Below, piece by piece: positions 25,903 through 39,903 of a stretch of DNA of 64,000 bases; within the stretch, counting starts at the first letter, position 1; every line of letters begins with the position of its first letter. The DNA is from Octopus vulgaris. Taxonomy: Eukaryota. The stretch covers positions 143,468,001-143,532,000 of the forward strand of contig OX597814.1 in NCBI GenBank assembly GCA_951406725.2. The letters run 5' to 3'. The notes below the pieces were generated by a model. It saw only the letters and a list, made by a program, of their open reading frames with translations. It did not search any database and was not told the origin of the DNA. The translations under genes and the position numbers were made by a program.

Positions 25903-26640
25903 TGAGAGAGTTCAAGCTGGCCGCCAACAAAGCGACAAGACATCTTTAAGATGAGAGAGTTCCCGATGTTTGTAAACACGTGGCTGAGTTGGTGTTTTGA
26001 TGCATACACTCAAGTGTGAGCATCTGTTCACATTAGAGAATTTTGGCAATGTCTTACAAATCTTCACTGTATCACTAATAGATTGAATCTGGAAAACCCG
26101 TGTCAGTTTCTTTTGCTTTTTCTCCGTGAAACCGATTATTTCTAGGTTTTTGTGCAAATTTATAGGTAACGTAATGTACCTATAATGAGAGACACAAATG
26201 AATATTCATTGTCAGAGTACAAGTGGTATAAGTTCTGCATTAATCCATCATGTATGTTCTATATTTCCTGGACGTTTACAACAGTGCATGGCTTTTGTTG
26301 CCTGTCCCACAAAGCAATATCAGGTCCGTTATGTTGGCACCTAATTGATGTTGGAACTTAATTGATTGGGGTGTTCCACCTGTATTCCTTGTTTTTAAAA
26401 GTGTGATTACCTACTGGTTCTGACATGCCTTTGATACTGAAATGTGTCAGTTGTTAAAATTCCTGGTATCATGATGGCAAAATCGTTATGCCGGTTTTGT
26501 GAAAAGGAAAATAAGATCCAAATAATAAGACAAAGAAATACTTTAACACATCTTTAACGATCAGATACAATTGTTTCTGCACCAACTTTGCTTGCAGCGT
26601 TGCGAGCAGTGTTGTTACAGAAACAATAGTAACTCATCAT
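25903..26640 (-). pseudogene. Decayed 3' end of an RLE-encoding non-LTR retrotransposon (distinct from the R4 copies)
   Basis: Minus-strand RHND, CQHNGPDIALWDRQQKPCTVV (PD nuclease motif), IIG..Y.PINLHKNLEIIGF and VKICKT, followed by a 3' UTR ending ctctctca. Confidence 0.6.
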
Positions 26641-26744
26641 TATACACGTGTTAAAGTATTTATCATCTTATTATCTGGATTACACACGTGTGATTATGAG
26701 TGTGCGTGTGCGTGCGGTTGTCTATTTATGTATATGTATGTGCT

Positions 26745-26931
26745 TATCGTTAGCCACTACACACATTTTTTTCTCTCCTTGTTGCTCTCCTTATTTTTTC
26801 TGTGTCCCTTTCTGTAGAAGAGCGTAGGCACGAAACGTAAAAGACTTTTTTCTATTCCTGAGCGCTATACTAATACATCTGTTTGTTTTGTACACCACCT
26901 GTCTTCGTCTTTTGTTTTTTTCGTAAACTTT

Positions 26932-26935
<4 letters not shown>
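26745..26935 (+). mobile_element. Hammerhead mini-element ending in (TA)n
   Basis: HHR at 26808-26843: cttt CTGTAGA a gagc-gtag-gcac GAAA cg TA aaag. Confidence 0.8.
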
Positions 26936-26979
<44 letters not shown>

Positions 26980-27194
26980 CTTCTATCATTTACTTGTTTG
27001 AGTCATGAGAGTGCCACCTTCAAAAGATTTTGTCGAACGAATCGACCCTTTTCTTTTCTTTAGCATGGTACTTAATCCGTCGTTTCTGCTTTGTTACTGG
27101 TATGTAAATACACCATGCTCGGTTGTCAACCACTTGGTGGTAGACGTGTGTGTAGGTGGAGGTAAAATACACACAAACACACACACTCACACGG

Positions 27195-27528
27195 GGACCC
27201 CTTCGGTCACGAATGACCATGGGGTCGCAACTAGAAAGTTCCCCTCTGTGGCACAAGTCCAGGCAAGTGTGTTTATGAAAGACCAGCAGTTGCCCATGCA
27301 TACCAGCCTCCTCTCTCCACGCCACTGATGTTATCCAAGGGAAAGGCAAAGGCTGATACAGCTTGGCATCAGTGAGTCGCAACTCATTTCTGCAGCTGAG
27401 TGAACTGGAGTAACGTGAAATGAAGTGTCTTGCTCAAGAACACAACACGCAACCTGGTAAGGGAATCGAACTCACAACCTCATGGTCGTAAGTTCGGCAC
27501 TCTAACCACTGAGCCATGCGCCTTCACT
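27195..27528 (-). mobile_element. tRNA-derived SINE, family C
   Basis: Minus-strand head gaaggcgcatggctcagtggttagagtg..gtgagttcgattccc and body ttcttgagcaagacactt. A matching copy lies at 33545-33822. Confidence 0.88.
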
Positions 27529-27634
27529 ACACACACACACACACACACATACACATGTAGATTCGCTCGATCAATTGGTAGATAGATATAGATATAGATA
27601 TATATATATATGGATAGATGAATAGTTAGGATGG

Positions 27635-27709
<75 letters not shown>

Positions 27710-27954
27710 CATATATACATACATAGATACAATTGTTTCTGCACCAACTTTGCTTGCAGCGTTGCGAGCAGTGTTGTTACAGAAACAATAGTAACTCATC
27801 ATTATACACGTGTATGTATGTATACATATATACATACATACATACATACATAATTTCTGTCGTATTGTGTCAACATGAATAATTAACTGATAGGACTGAA
27901 TATTATGATAGTCTCACATGTGTGTTTGTGTGTATGTATGTATATATGTATGTG

Positions 27955-28465
27955 TGAAGGCGTGTGACTTAGTGGTTAGGGTATTCCACTTGCAATCGTA
28001 GGGTCACGAGTTTGATTCCCGGCGAACGTTGTGTCCTTGATCAAGGCACTTTATTTCTTTCCTACTCTAAGCACAAGGCCCAAAATTTTGGGGTAGGGGA
28101 GCCAGTCAATATAATCGATCTCAGTATGCAACCGGTACTTGATTTATCGACCCCGAAAGGATGAAAGGCAAAGTCGACCTCGGCGGAATTTGAACTCAAA
28201 ACGTAAAAACAGACGAGTTACCGCTAAGCATTTCGCCCGGCGTGCTAATGTTACTGCCAGCTCGCCGCCTTGCAAGACACTCAGCTGGTAAAAATGAGTA
28301 TCTCTATTTCAAGGGGCTGGCCTTGTCGCACTCTGTGTCTCGCTGAATCTCTCTGAGAAGAATGTAAACGGCTAAGCGTGTCTTTGGAGTGCTCAGCCAC
28401 TTACACGTTAATCTCACGAGCAAGCTGTTCCGTTGATCGGATCGACTGGAACCTTCGTCGCCAGT
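27955..28465 (+). mobile_element. Family-C-type SINE interrupted by an antisense family-A SINE (28065-28271)
   Basis: Head gaaggcgtgtgacttagtggttagg, then the nested family-A copy, then the body resumes at cactcagctggtaaaaatgagta. Confidence 0.8.
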
Positions 28466-28763
28466 TATTTTTTGTATGTATGTATGTATGTATGTATGTA
28501 TGTATGTATGTATGTATGTATGTGTGAAGATAAAAGAAATGTAAGATGCACTGAGACTCATTTAGATGTTTTTTTATTTTTAAACGGTTTTACTGAATCT
28601 TTGGATTTTCAAAAGTTAAGTGAGATAGAAAGACACAGGATTACGCCGCAACTATCTTCTGACTGGAGTTCGAAAATTCTCATTCCTTTATAGACAGAAC
28701 ACAGCTCAAATCAGTACCTACTTTGAATACAATTTGATTAGCAGAAGATAGTCACGTGATTAG

Positions 28764-28856
<93 letters not shown>

Positions 28857-28905
28857 GCTATCTATCCATCTATCTATCCATCTATCTATCTATGTATCTT
28901 TCTAT
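28764..28905. repeat. (ATCT)n microsatellite
   Basis: Directly visible. Confidence 0.95.
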
Positions 28906-29197
28906 CTAGTGGCGTGTATAAAAGGTGTGTGTTTTTATATGAGTGTATATAAATATATAAATGTATGCATGTTCAAACATAAAAGTGCATTGATGTTTAA
29001 ATGCAGATTATAAACGTTGCACCGAAATAAATGCGGGTATAAATTTTTATTTACTGATTTAGGTCTTCAAACTTGCTTATATTGGCATAAAAGGAGGTTG
29101 TAAAAATATATTCTGAAAGCATAAAATGTAGAGGTAGATGAAAATAGATTGAATGTAAATGAACTGAAAACAGTGCTGATCTCTATCTATATATACA

Positions 29198-29400
29198 CAC
29201 ATGCACATATAGGCTTGCATACACATACATAAACATCTATCACATGCACATATAGGCTTGCATACACATACATAAACATCTATCACATGCACATATAGGC
29301 TTGCGTACACATACATAAACATCTATCACATGCACATATAGGCTTGCATACACACATACATAAACATCTAACACACGCACATATAATCTTGCATACACAC
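29198..29400. repeat. 43-bp minisatellite, about 4.5 copies
   Basis: Unit cacatgcacatataggcttgcatacacatacataaacatctat. Confidence 0.9.
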
Positions 29401-29449
29401 ACATCACATTATATGAATTTTTACATATGTGTGTGTGTATATATATATT

Positions 29450-29498
<49 letters not shown>

Positions 29499-29703
29499 AC
29501 AAAACTACAAAAATCATATCAGAACACCAGAGCTAAAAACAAAGCTCAGCGTTTAAGAATAACTGTAGAAGTCAGAGTATCACAGTATACGTTTTACCTG
29601 GGTCCTTCTCAATACAGCAACCTACACAGCGCATAAAAACAGCGTAAAAGCAAAAATGAAAATAGCTCCAAAGGAATCAACAAAAACAACGAAACACACG
29701 CAC

Positions 29704-29762
<59 letters not shown>

Positions 29763-30354
29763 CAACAGTTCAACAGATTAGCAGCAACCCAACCAAACAA
29801 TAATAAAGCAGTCACTATACCACAGGGTATTTCAGCAGGTGTACCTGATAAATGATAAGTGATAAATTCGAATCACATCGTAGAAGCGAAGCATGCATCA
29901 CTTACTATACACAACAACTTAGACATTCAGCCGCTGTACATTCCAACAAGCGAAGGCAATAGGGACTCGTGTTTCAGATAATAACTTAAGTCAATTATTA
30001 ATGTGTACACACTACATTACAAATATTCGCAAGCAAAATTTCTGTGTCCCATTGTGGAATATGATTGTGAGAATGATAGTAAATTAATCATTTAAGCACA
30101 AGCAAAATTCTCTCAAGAAAATTAGTTGTTTTTAACAGCAGATAGGTAAAGATATCATGAGCATATCAATGAAAAGAAAGAGAAAAAAACATAGGTAATT
30201 GTATTAAGCAATCATAAATAACGACAATGTAGGTTTAATATTTCATCTCTGAAATTTGCTTCCATAAACAATATAAGGTTTTCGATATAAAACTGTTTAT
30301 CTAAGGAGGGCACTAAAAATAAATGTATTTATCGTACGGAAAATATATTTACAT

Positions 30355-30935
30355 CGCTGTGGCTATGTGGTTAAGAATCTCGCTTTTGCAACAATGTTGT
30401 TTTGCGTTCAGTCACTGTGTAACGCCTTCAGTAAATCTCTTCTATAATAGCTCCAGGCCGATCAATGCCTTCTCAGTGGATTTGGTACACAGAAAATTCG
30501 TAGAAAAACGCGACGAGCTGGCAGAAACGTTAGTGCGTCGGGCGAAATGCTTAACAGTATTTCGTCTGCCGCTTGTGGGTAGTAAAGAATTAGGTATTTG
30601 GTCCGCCGTTACGTTCTGAGTTCAAATTCCGCCGAGGTCGACTTTGCCTTTCATCCTTTCGGGGTCGATAAGTTAAGTACCAGTTATGCACTGGGGTCGA
30701 TGTAACGGATTTAATCCCTTTCTCTGTCCTTGTTTGTCCCCTCTATGTTTAGCACCTTGTGGGCAATAAAGAAATAAGGAAATTCGTAGAAGCTCGTGAT
30801 GTGTATGTGTATGTGTGTGCACAACTTAGCGGTTCAGCAAAGGAGATAAAATTAAGTACTGGGCTACATTTGTTCGAATAAACCCTTCAAGGCACTGCCC
30901 CAGCATGCACGTTGCCCAATGAGTAAAACAGGTAG
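30355..30935 (+). mobile_element. Old family-B SINE with a nested family-A SINE (30508-30778)
   Basis: The B head and body are split by the A copy. gaaattcgtaga is duplicated on either side of the insertion. Confidence 0.75.
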
Positions 30936-31227
30936 AAAATATGATGATTACCTACGTTGTGAAGCAACGAGGGTACCTCCACATGATGCCTTGACTTGTA
31001 AGAAGTAACAACCAATTTTCTCTCAAATGAGGCTTCATAGTCTGAAACATGAAAGGACACAAGCCATTATGCAGTCATTAAAGGCTGCTATGTTCACAGC
31101 TGGAAAGCTATTTTGTTTTATCTAAGATTTACTTATGAAAGTTGAAAGAGTTGAACAAAGATGAGAGCAATATTTATGACTCTATGCGAACAGTGACCTG
31201 ATGCACGCTACCTTACCCTATATCTAG

Positions 31228-31980
31228 TAGATGCATTCCAGAAGTTTCGAGATTTTTCAGGGGAGGCAGTTATAACTGGGCCAGATTGTTGTAATTCTAA
31301 TTTACCATGACTACACATCTAACGAGGAAATATAGTTATCCCAGACTGAAGCAGACGGTTGAGGCACCACTTTGAATACACCCTAATAAACGCTGCTTAT
31401 CAAAGCTGACTATTCGAGGCAGGAAAACAATTTGGGTGCTCGGTATGCAAGGAAGTTTTGTGTTAAACTGGGCAAAAACGCTAGAGACTTGAGAAATGCA
31501 CCAGACTGCTTGTGAATTTGTATGAGTCGAGAATCTTTTTTTTTTTAGCTGGCGCAATAGGCCAGACAAAGCATGTCTACCAGAAAACTTATGATGATCC
31601 CCTTTTACGAAAGCAAGGTTATCGTCTCCATCCACTGGGTTCCCTCTGACCAGACGATCGACAAAGGGAACTTTCTGGAGATTTTGATAGAGTTCAATAA
31701 GAGATTTAGTGGCAGAAGTCCAGGGAATCTGCACCAATCCACATTTCCATCCGGTAACCAACTACTTAACAGAAACGCGTTGAAATCTATACCTTATCCG
31801 CTCAACAGTCTCCAAGGTGAAGAAGAACATCAGGGGTAATCGTTTTCAAGTCATTGAGAAGATAGAGTCTGTGACAGAGGTCTTTGACACATTCACTTTG
31901 GAGGTCATCCATGAGAATTCATGAAGCAGATGGGGTACCACAATAAGTGCAGTGAAGTCAGACAATCCTACTTTGAATGA
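31228..31980 (+). pseudogene. Decayed, internally deleted mariner transposon
   Basis: FCVKLGK-like start, HWVPSDQTIDKGNFLEIL (GQTVN..YY.EVL-like), IPYPLNS (HPPYSP-like) and C-terminal NKC.EV..SYFE. Confidence 0.7.
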
Positions 31981-32000
31981 AAGTATATATATATATATAT

Positions 32001-32163
32001 AGTGGCTGTGTGGTAAGTAGCTTGCTAACCAACCACATGGTTCCGGGTTTAGTCCCACTGCGTGGTATCTTGGGCAAGTGTCTTCTGCTATAGCCCCGGG
32101 CCGACCAATGCCTTGTGAGTGGATTTGGTAGACGGAAACTGAAAGAAGCCTGTCGTATATATG

Positions 32164-32210
<47 letters not shown>

Positions 32211-32418
32211 TTGTGTGTCTGTGTTTGTCCCCCTAGCTTGACAACAGATGCTGGTGTGTTTACGTCCCTGTCACTTAGCGGTTCGGCAAAAGAGACCGAT
32301 AGAATAAGTACTGGGCTTACAAAGAATAAGTCCCGGGGTCGATTTGCTCGACTAAAAAAAGGCGGTGCTCCAGCATGGCCGCAGTCAAATGACTGAAACA
32401 AGTAAAAGAGTAAAGAGT
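32001..32418 (+). mobile_element. SINE family B
   Basis: Full head, body and tail as at 23425-23825. Confidence 0.9.
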
Positions 32419-32423
32419 ATATA

Positions 32424-32642
32424 CAGGGTTGGCCAAAAGTCACCAATATTAAAAAATTGAAAATAGAAATCATTTTATATGAGACTTCGCTAATAAATAA
32501 AAAAATTTTTGAAAAAAAAAAATCGTGATTTTAACTCACAGCATTCAATTATTAAGCATTCATTATTGAAATGAATAAATAAAATTGAATATTAAGTATT
32601 TATGGAATTTGATTTACTGTCGGTGGCTTTTGGCCACTCTTC
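32424..32642. mobile_element. Tc1/mariner-type MITE
   Basis: TIRs cagggttggccaaaagtcacc / ggtggcttttggccactct, flanked by TA. Confidence 0.75.
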
Positions 32643-32649
32643 TATATAT

Positions 32650-33028
32650 ACTCCAGATATCTTGGTCTCGGCCTCCCTCAGGTCTCATGCCGGTTAGCTC
32701 GGCTTGAAAAATTTGTCTTGCGATTCTTTCCTGCAGCATATGAATCACAGGTCTCAATACAAAGTAACAAATAGACCTGGAGAGATTTTTTGATCTCCGA
32801 GCTATGCACTTGGTATAATTTTACCCCAGAGGTCCTCTGGGGTAACATTATTCTTACCACTTGTATTTACAACCTTTTGGTCATTATGCCACATTCATGG
32901 ATAAGGATAGGAAAGAACATTGAACTGGACCAAGGGGTAGACCAAAAACGAGATGGTTGAATTATATTCATAGTTTCAGACGGAGAAGCTAAGGACCCTT
33001 CTTGGAATAGTAGGCGGAGAAGGTGGAT
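32650..33028 (-). pseudogene. RTE-clade LINE C-terminal relic
   Basis: Minus-strand HMLQERIARQIFQAELTGMRP.G-RPRPRYL, matching the typical RTE G.R..GRP..R.W end. Confidence 0.6.
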
Positions 33029-33498
33029 ATATATATATATATCCAAGCATTCGCTATTTTCCTCTCGTTCTGGTGTAACGACCTTCCATGTTTGTTTTCG
33101 TTCGGTTTCCTCATATAACTCCACTGTCACTTTTTTGCTCCCAACTTTGACCCTCCATAAATCTTAAATTTTATTTTAGAATTTATGGAAGCTACTGTCT
33201 TTCAAGACTCATATTGTCACTGAATGCTCGAAATGAGGAGCCAACAACTAATGAAGGGTCCTTTCTCTGTGTTAGCTTGTCTTGTTTTTCTCAATGCTAC
33301 TTACTTTCATGTTTTTTAGATCTTTGGTGACGTCCTCTACCCACATGTGCACGTGTATATATATATATATATAAATGTATATAAGGACACAGGGAAAAAT
33401 GTGTCAAAGCCATCATGAGGCGTCGATGCTTCCTAGGGCTATACAGCGGTGGTGTACCCCCCTACTGTCACGTTCGTGTTAGATTGACAGTATACAAC

Positions 33499-33544
<46 letters not shown>

Positions 33545-33545
<1 letters not shown>

Positions 33546-33822
33546 ACACAAGTCCGGGTAAGGTTGTTATAGAAGACCAGCAGTTACCCATGCATACCAG
33601 CCTCCCCTCTCCACGACACCGATATAATCCAAGGGAAAGACAGAGGCCGATACAGCTTAACACCAGTGACGTAAAAACTCATTTCTACACCTGAGTGAAC
33701 TGGAGCACCATGAGTTAAGTATCTTACTCAAGAACACATCACACAGCCCGGTCTTTGAATCGAACTCACAAGCTCATGATTGTGAGCCCGACACTCTAAC
33801 CACTGAGTTATGCATCTTCACC
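33545..33822 (-). mobile_element. SINE family C
   Basis: Matches 27195-27528. Confidence 0.85.
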
Positions 33823-33988
33823 TCCCCACACATATATATATATTGGCCTGCTCACTTAGCCAGCGGGGTGGCATCATTTGAAGGCTAAAGCAATGCAAAA
33901 GCGCATTGTAACCAGCGATGTGTAACCACATCTATTAGCTTAGTCGGTCACATGATCACGTAATATATATACATATATATACAAATAC

Positions 33989-34049
<61 letters not shown>

Positions 34050-34338
34050 TATAATTAGGGCTTAGTAAAATAAATTACTTTGCCACATACTGAACTAAGT
34101 AGAAATAGCAGCCAAAAAAAAATTTTTTTTTTAGCTATTTCTACTACTTAAAGAAAATTTCTCTCAGATAATGTTTACTCCAGACAGCTCACGGAGGTTT
34201 GGAGGTAAATACAGAAAAATATCACAAGTACATAGATCGTTACATGTAATGTAATATTTTGAATTCGCCTTAAATGGTCCTTTTACATACTGAACACTTG
34301 GTGAAATTGATTAATTAATTAATTTTACCCTCAATTGT

Positions 34339-34389
<51 letters not shown>

Positions 34390-35134
34390 TATACATATAT
34401 ATATGTATATAGATATATGTATTTGTATATACATATATCTGTGTGTATATATATATATATATATACAGATATATATATACATGTATATATGTATATGTGT
34501 GCGTGTTTTAAATATATATTTGTGTGTATGTATGTATAATATATAATATACATATACTTGAATACATATGATATATGTATATAATACTTATATAAGTAAT
34601 ATAATAACGTAATATATATATATATATGAATGTATGTAAGTGTGTTTGTGTGTGTGTGCGTGTGTGTGTGTGCATGTGTGGGGGAAAGGCTTGTACGATA
34701 TGCGAGTGTGCATGCACCTGCATTGCCGTTGCACTAGCAATAAATATAGCTCACGATATCTGGAGGCAACCACTCAACGTTGCAAACTGGGTGATGCCTA
34801 ACTAACATCTAACGTAAAAACTTTTGCAAGACAAACTATCAAGAGAACAAAAGAGGTTTGTAAGCTCTCTTCTCATCATCCAAACCTGCAGCTGGTTTTT
34901 TTGTTACTTTGCCAAAATGATCGTAACCAAATTCGTAGAATTACACATACACACACATACACACACACACCCCTATGATTTACCCAGATGGTTATGTAAG
35001 AAGTATTCTTGTTGATTCTTGTTGACAATTTCACCATATTCGCTGTATTTTTATTTTTTCAGTATCACTTTGTTTTCAGCTGCACCTTCTGCATTCCGTT
35101 TATCTCTCAAACCACGCACGTAGATTAGCCTCGT

Positions 35135-35617
35135 ATGGCATCTTTGAATGATAGAGGCTTAATAAAACGACCAAACCAAGACAACTTTCTCGCTATCGTT
35201 CTCATTCAGCTTGATTGCTTTACTTCCAAGCCGGCCTCTACTCTTGCAAAATCAACGTCTCATTCTGACCAACTGATCGCCACAGTATTTACCATCCTGC
35301 CAAAAGAACAACTCACTGAACAAGACAACTACGATTATAAGTATATTTCTCTCTTCAACATTTTACTCATTCGTCGCCATGATGTCTTTTACGAAAGACA
35401 AATCTTAAGCTTTGAAGCTCAATGTTCAATTATACCCGCGCCTGTACACAAGAATTTGGACCTGGAGATCTCCATTTCCAGCGACTTCGAGGGCCACCAT
35501 CCAGTGGTGTCGGGCGTCAACGAAGAGCCCTCGACTACAGCAAGACGACCAAAGTTTTTTTCCAAGGTCTGGGGTCTCCCGCCCCTAAGCCCTAGACCAT
35601 CACCTAATCACCCTTAG
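35135..35617 (+). pseudogene. Possible decayed Gypsy (CsRn1-like) gag relic
   Basis: IQLD..F and V..ILPKE segments, plus a frameshifted H..FGPG..H.QR segment near 35447 resembling the CxxHxxFGxxAxxCxxPC knuckle. Weak. Confidence 0.35.
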
Positions 35618-36038
35618 CCGTCTTGTTGCTTAACAACAACAACGATAACAACAGCACAATCTTTAGTGTAAGAACCTAATAACCTGCTTGTTACAAAATC
35701 GTGCATCTGGTTCGACGATGAAGATTCGACTGTTCAAGTAACTGAATTACCTGCTCCTGAATTAACGTGCAAATGGCTGAGTACACCACATTAAAGTATT
35801 CTCAATGTAATACGGAAACAGAACCAATGAGACACATTGTGTAACAGGGCTGTGCCTTTTGAACTACATACATGAGCCGTCTCAAGGGTGTCTATATTGC
35901 TTTCCATTGCCCAATTTAACCGATACGGTGCTACAGATGGTACTGTGTAGGATTGAAGTCGGGACATCGAGGTTTCGAAGCGAACTTCTTAAGCAGTCGA
36001 CCGAGCTGTACCTTTAATATACGCATATATATATATAT

Positions 36039-36180
<142 letters not shown>

Positions 36181-36199
36181 ATATATATATATATGTATG

Positions 36200-36263
<64 letters not shown>

Positions 36264-36464
36264 GACCCCAGTGCTCAATTGGTACTTATTTTATTGATCC
36301 CAAAAGAATGAAAGGCAAAGTCAACCTCAATTGCATTCAACAAAAATATGTTTTAATGAATCATTAGTACATAAGCATAAAACAAGGGTAACTGTTACGA
36401 CTCCACCACATTATTAGCTACATTCTTTGCGCAGTATGACTGGTTCCTCTACATATATAAATAT

Positions 36465-36633
36465 GCCGCTACGTTCTGAGTTCAAATTCCGCCGAGGTTG
36501 ACTTTGCCTTTTATCCTTTCGGGGTCGATTAAATAAGTACCAGTTACGCACTGGGGTCGATAAAATCGACTTAATCCTTTTGATTGTCTTTGTTTGTCCC
36601 CTCTGTGTAACCCCTGTGGGCAATAAAGAAATA
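36465..36633 (+). mobile_element. 5'-truncated SINE family A
   Basis: gttctgagttcaaattccgccgagg...tgggcaataaagaaat. Confidence 0.85.
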
Positions 36634-37734
36634 ATGAATATTATACGGGGTCCTGCAGAGAAACTTGTTGGATCTTAAAATGATGGTAATTAAATGATGA
36701 TAATCTTATCAATTTTCCCTATCGAATCATATATCTTACATATATTCTTGTTCAATTTTTGCAAAGTACCCCACATTCCAGAGCGGTGTTTGTATGTCTA
36801 TTATAAATTTGCATTTAGAATCTTAGCTGTTAATTCATTAATAGTTTTCTATTATGTTTCTCTAAACTAAAATTCTTTCGTAGTTAATGAGAAAAGTTCT
36901 ATTGAAAATTTATAGATAACCGCTAGATCTATAGAAGCCAGTGAGCGACTAATCACATTGAAAATAGATAGAATTCATTATGAGTCAAATGCTATCGTTG
37001 TTGTTTAATCCCCGAACCAAGTAAATCTACGACTAAAACTGTTGCTTTTATAACTATCCATTTTTTAAAAAGCATTTATCTATATAGAACTACATTAGCT
37101 TGTACGCCATTTTAGTTTTTAAGATCGTATTCGATGTAATTTGTGGGCAATTCAAGTGATAGTTTTCAGTCTCCTTCGGTGGTTTGAACTGACAAGTTTT
37201 GGCTTCCTCTGTGTGACATGTTCTGAGTAATGTAACTCAAGATAGAACATCTTATTCAATTCCACTTGTTCCACCTTTTAGTAGACCCTGTTGCACATAC
37301 TAAAAGCTGAAATCATATTTTGCTTTCACTATACGTGTTTCATTGAAGACGAATTTGAATGTAAGTAACACTGGAATAAGATTTAAATAATTTCAAGGAG
37401 AATTCAAATAAACTGTCTCTCTGACCAAATCAAGCGTAAAAAGAACTCTAACACGCTTTCAAAAACCAAAATGTCACGACTGAGTAATAAAGAGATATAT
37501 TATGCCAAAATTATAATTCTGTCGATTTTATTGAAATATTCTCAATAAATTTGCATATTTCTTTCGCGCGAATTCTACGGGCTTTTGATAAGTTAGCAGT
37601 AAATTACCAAACTTGGCAGAATTAATACATAATCTTGATATTTTTATAATAATTCCGCTCAAATAATCAATACAGAAGAGTTAGGCCCTAAATATAAATT
37701 AAGTTCAGCATATTCACTGTTGCTACAGTCAACA

Positions 37735-37862
37735 CTTTATAGGGATATTTTTATAGGGATATTATTATAAGGATATTTTTATAGGGATATTTTTATCGGG
37801 ATATTTTATGATATTTTTATAGGATATTTTATAAGGATATTTTTATAGGGATTTTATGGGGA
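37735..37862. repeat. ~14-bp tandem repeat (ttttatagggatat)
   Basis: About 9 imperfect copies are visible. Confidence 0.85.
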
Positions 37863-39276
37863 TTCCACTAATATCTTTCTGGCACGACATCAAATAAACC
37901 ACCAATGCTATTTAAAACCCTTGAAAATTATAAAATGCTATTCACGAGAATCCAGATCAGCTTTGATCAATCGATTCCTAATTAATAAGTAAAATATTTA
38001 AAATCTCATTACAACAAACTTTCCTCACTATGCCCATCCATTTACATCACCTTTGTGGTGAATATTTTAAAGAACATTATCGGAAAAAAAAGAAATTATT
38101 GGAGAAAATCAACAACTGCAACGGCCTTGATGTAGAGAATAATACATTTTGGTTACCTTACATATAATTAACTTTTTTTTATTTATTAATTAAATACTAA
38201 TATTTTATGCATGGCTTTTATTGTGTGAATATTGATTGCTTGCGAGCGCAGAAAATTGTAAAATGCAACTTTTAAATTATTGATGTGTTTATCTCACATG
38301 TTATGCATGATATAACTCGTCTTTTATATTGCAGGTGATTTAATATTATTAAGGGACGATGAATATTCTATGAAATAGGGGAAGCTCAGATTTCTCTGCT
38401 TACTTATCACAATTTTTATGGTAGCAATATTATAAACGCGTACGTTGTTGCTGGCGTTATTGTTATTATTGTTGCTATTGTTGTTGTTACTTAGCCGGAA
38501 GAGCTAAAGTGCGTTGCAGTATTTCGTCCGTCTTTATATTCTGAGATCAAATTCTGTCGATGTCCGACTTTACCTTTCATCCTTTCGGGATCGATAAAAG
38601 GAGCACCTGTTGAACACTGAGGGCCGATGAAATCGACTTATCTCCTTCCATGAAATTGCTGGCCTTGTACCAAAATTTGAAATGAATATGATAACTCGTA
38701 CGTTGCTGTTATCGTTGTTGCTTCTTCCAATCAGGACTCACGACGTTAGCCACAAAGAATAATCTCTAATTCGAGCCTTCTCTAAACTACTTAGAATGCA
38801 TGTAGCAACTTGAAGATCTACCCACCATACGCGATAGACTGACGGCTACACGGGCGCGAAAGCTACGTTGTTATCCTCATTCTGTAAACGGTGGCTTTTA
38901 ACAGGTGGAGAGCTGAACCATCCTGGGGTACAGAGGATTCGCAATCTAGACTAGGGTCTGAAAGTTTACCACACTATGGTTCCTCTGCTTTGTGGCAGAA
39001 GTAGGAAGAAAGAGTGAGAGAAAGTTGTGGTGAAAGAGTACAATTAATACTGGGTTCAATTTGTTCGACAAAGCTCTTCAAGCCGGTACTCCAGCATGGC
39101 TGCAGTTCAATGACTGAAACAAACGAAATAAACCATTAAAATTTCAAAACTTTGTTTCCATCCGCTAATATACAGGACTATGTACCTAATTAAATTTATA
39201 GCCCATGAAGTACACTCACAGCATTACAGTTTTCATTCTGAGCTCAACCTATGCCATATTACTTTCAATACTAATA

Positions 39277-39903
39277 ATCCTTTCTACTATAGACACAAGG
39301 CCTGAAATTTTGAGGGAGGGCATCTAGTCAAACCCAATGAGACACTGGTACTTATTTCATCGACTCTGAAAAGATGAAAGGCAAAGTCAACCTTTGAACT
39401 CAGAACGTAAGGATGGACGAAATGCCGCTAAGCATTTGGCTCGCGTGCTAATGATTCTCCCAGCTCGCCGCCTTTGTTAAAGTTTCTTTTCTACTCTAGG
39501 CACAAGCCCCGAAATTTTGAGGGAGGGAGCCAGTCGATTAGATTGACCCCAGTACGCAACTGGTACTTAATTTATCGACCTCGAAAGGATAAAAGGCAAA
39601 GTCGATCTCGGTTGTATTTGAACTCAGAACATAAAGACAAACGAAATTCCGCTAAGCATTTCGTCCGGCGTGCCAACGATTCTGCCAGTTTGCCTCCTTT
39701 GCTAACGATTCTGCCAGCACGCCGCATTTGCTAATGATTCTGCCAGCTCACCGCCTTTGCTAACGATTCTGCCAGTTTGCCTCCTTTGCTAACGATTCTG
39801 CCAGTTTGCCTCCTTTGCTAACGATTCTGCCAGTTTGCCTCCTTTGCTAACGATTCTGCCAGCTCACTACCTTTACTAATGATTCTGCCAGCTCGTTGCC
39901 TTT
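39277..39903 (-). mobile_element. Two tandem family-A SINEs, the second with a 29-bp tandem amplification of its 5' end
   Basis: Unit tgctaacgattctgccagtttgcctcctt repeated about 8 times at 39671-39903. Confidence 0.88.

Noticed and set aside
39671-39903. CRISPR-like array (also considered for 29198-29400 and 49407-49547)
   Set aside because: The units are directly tandem without unique spacers, two derive from element ends, and the context is eukaryotic with no cas genes.
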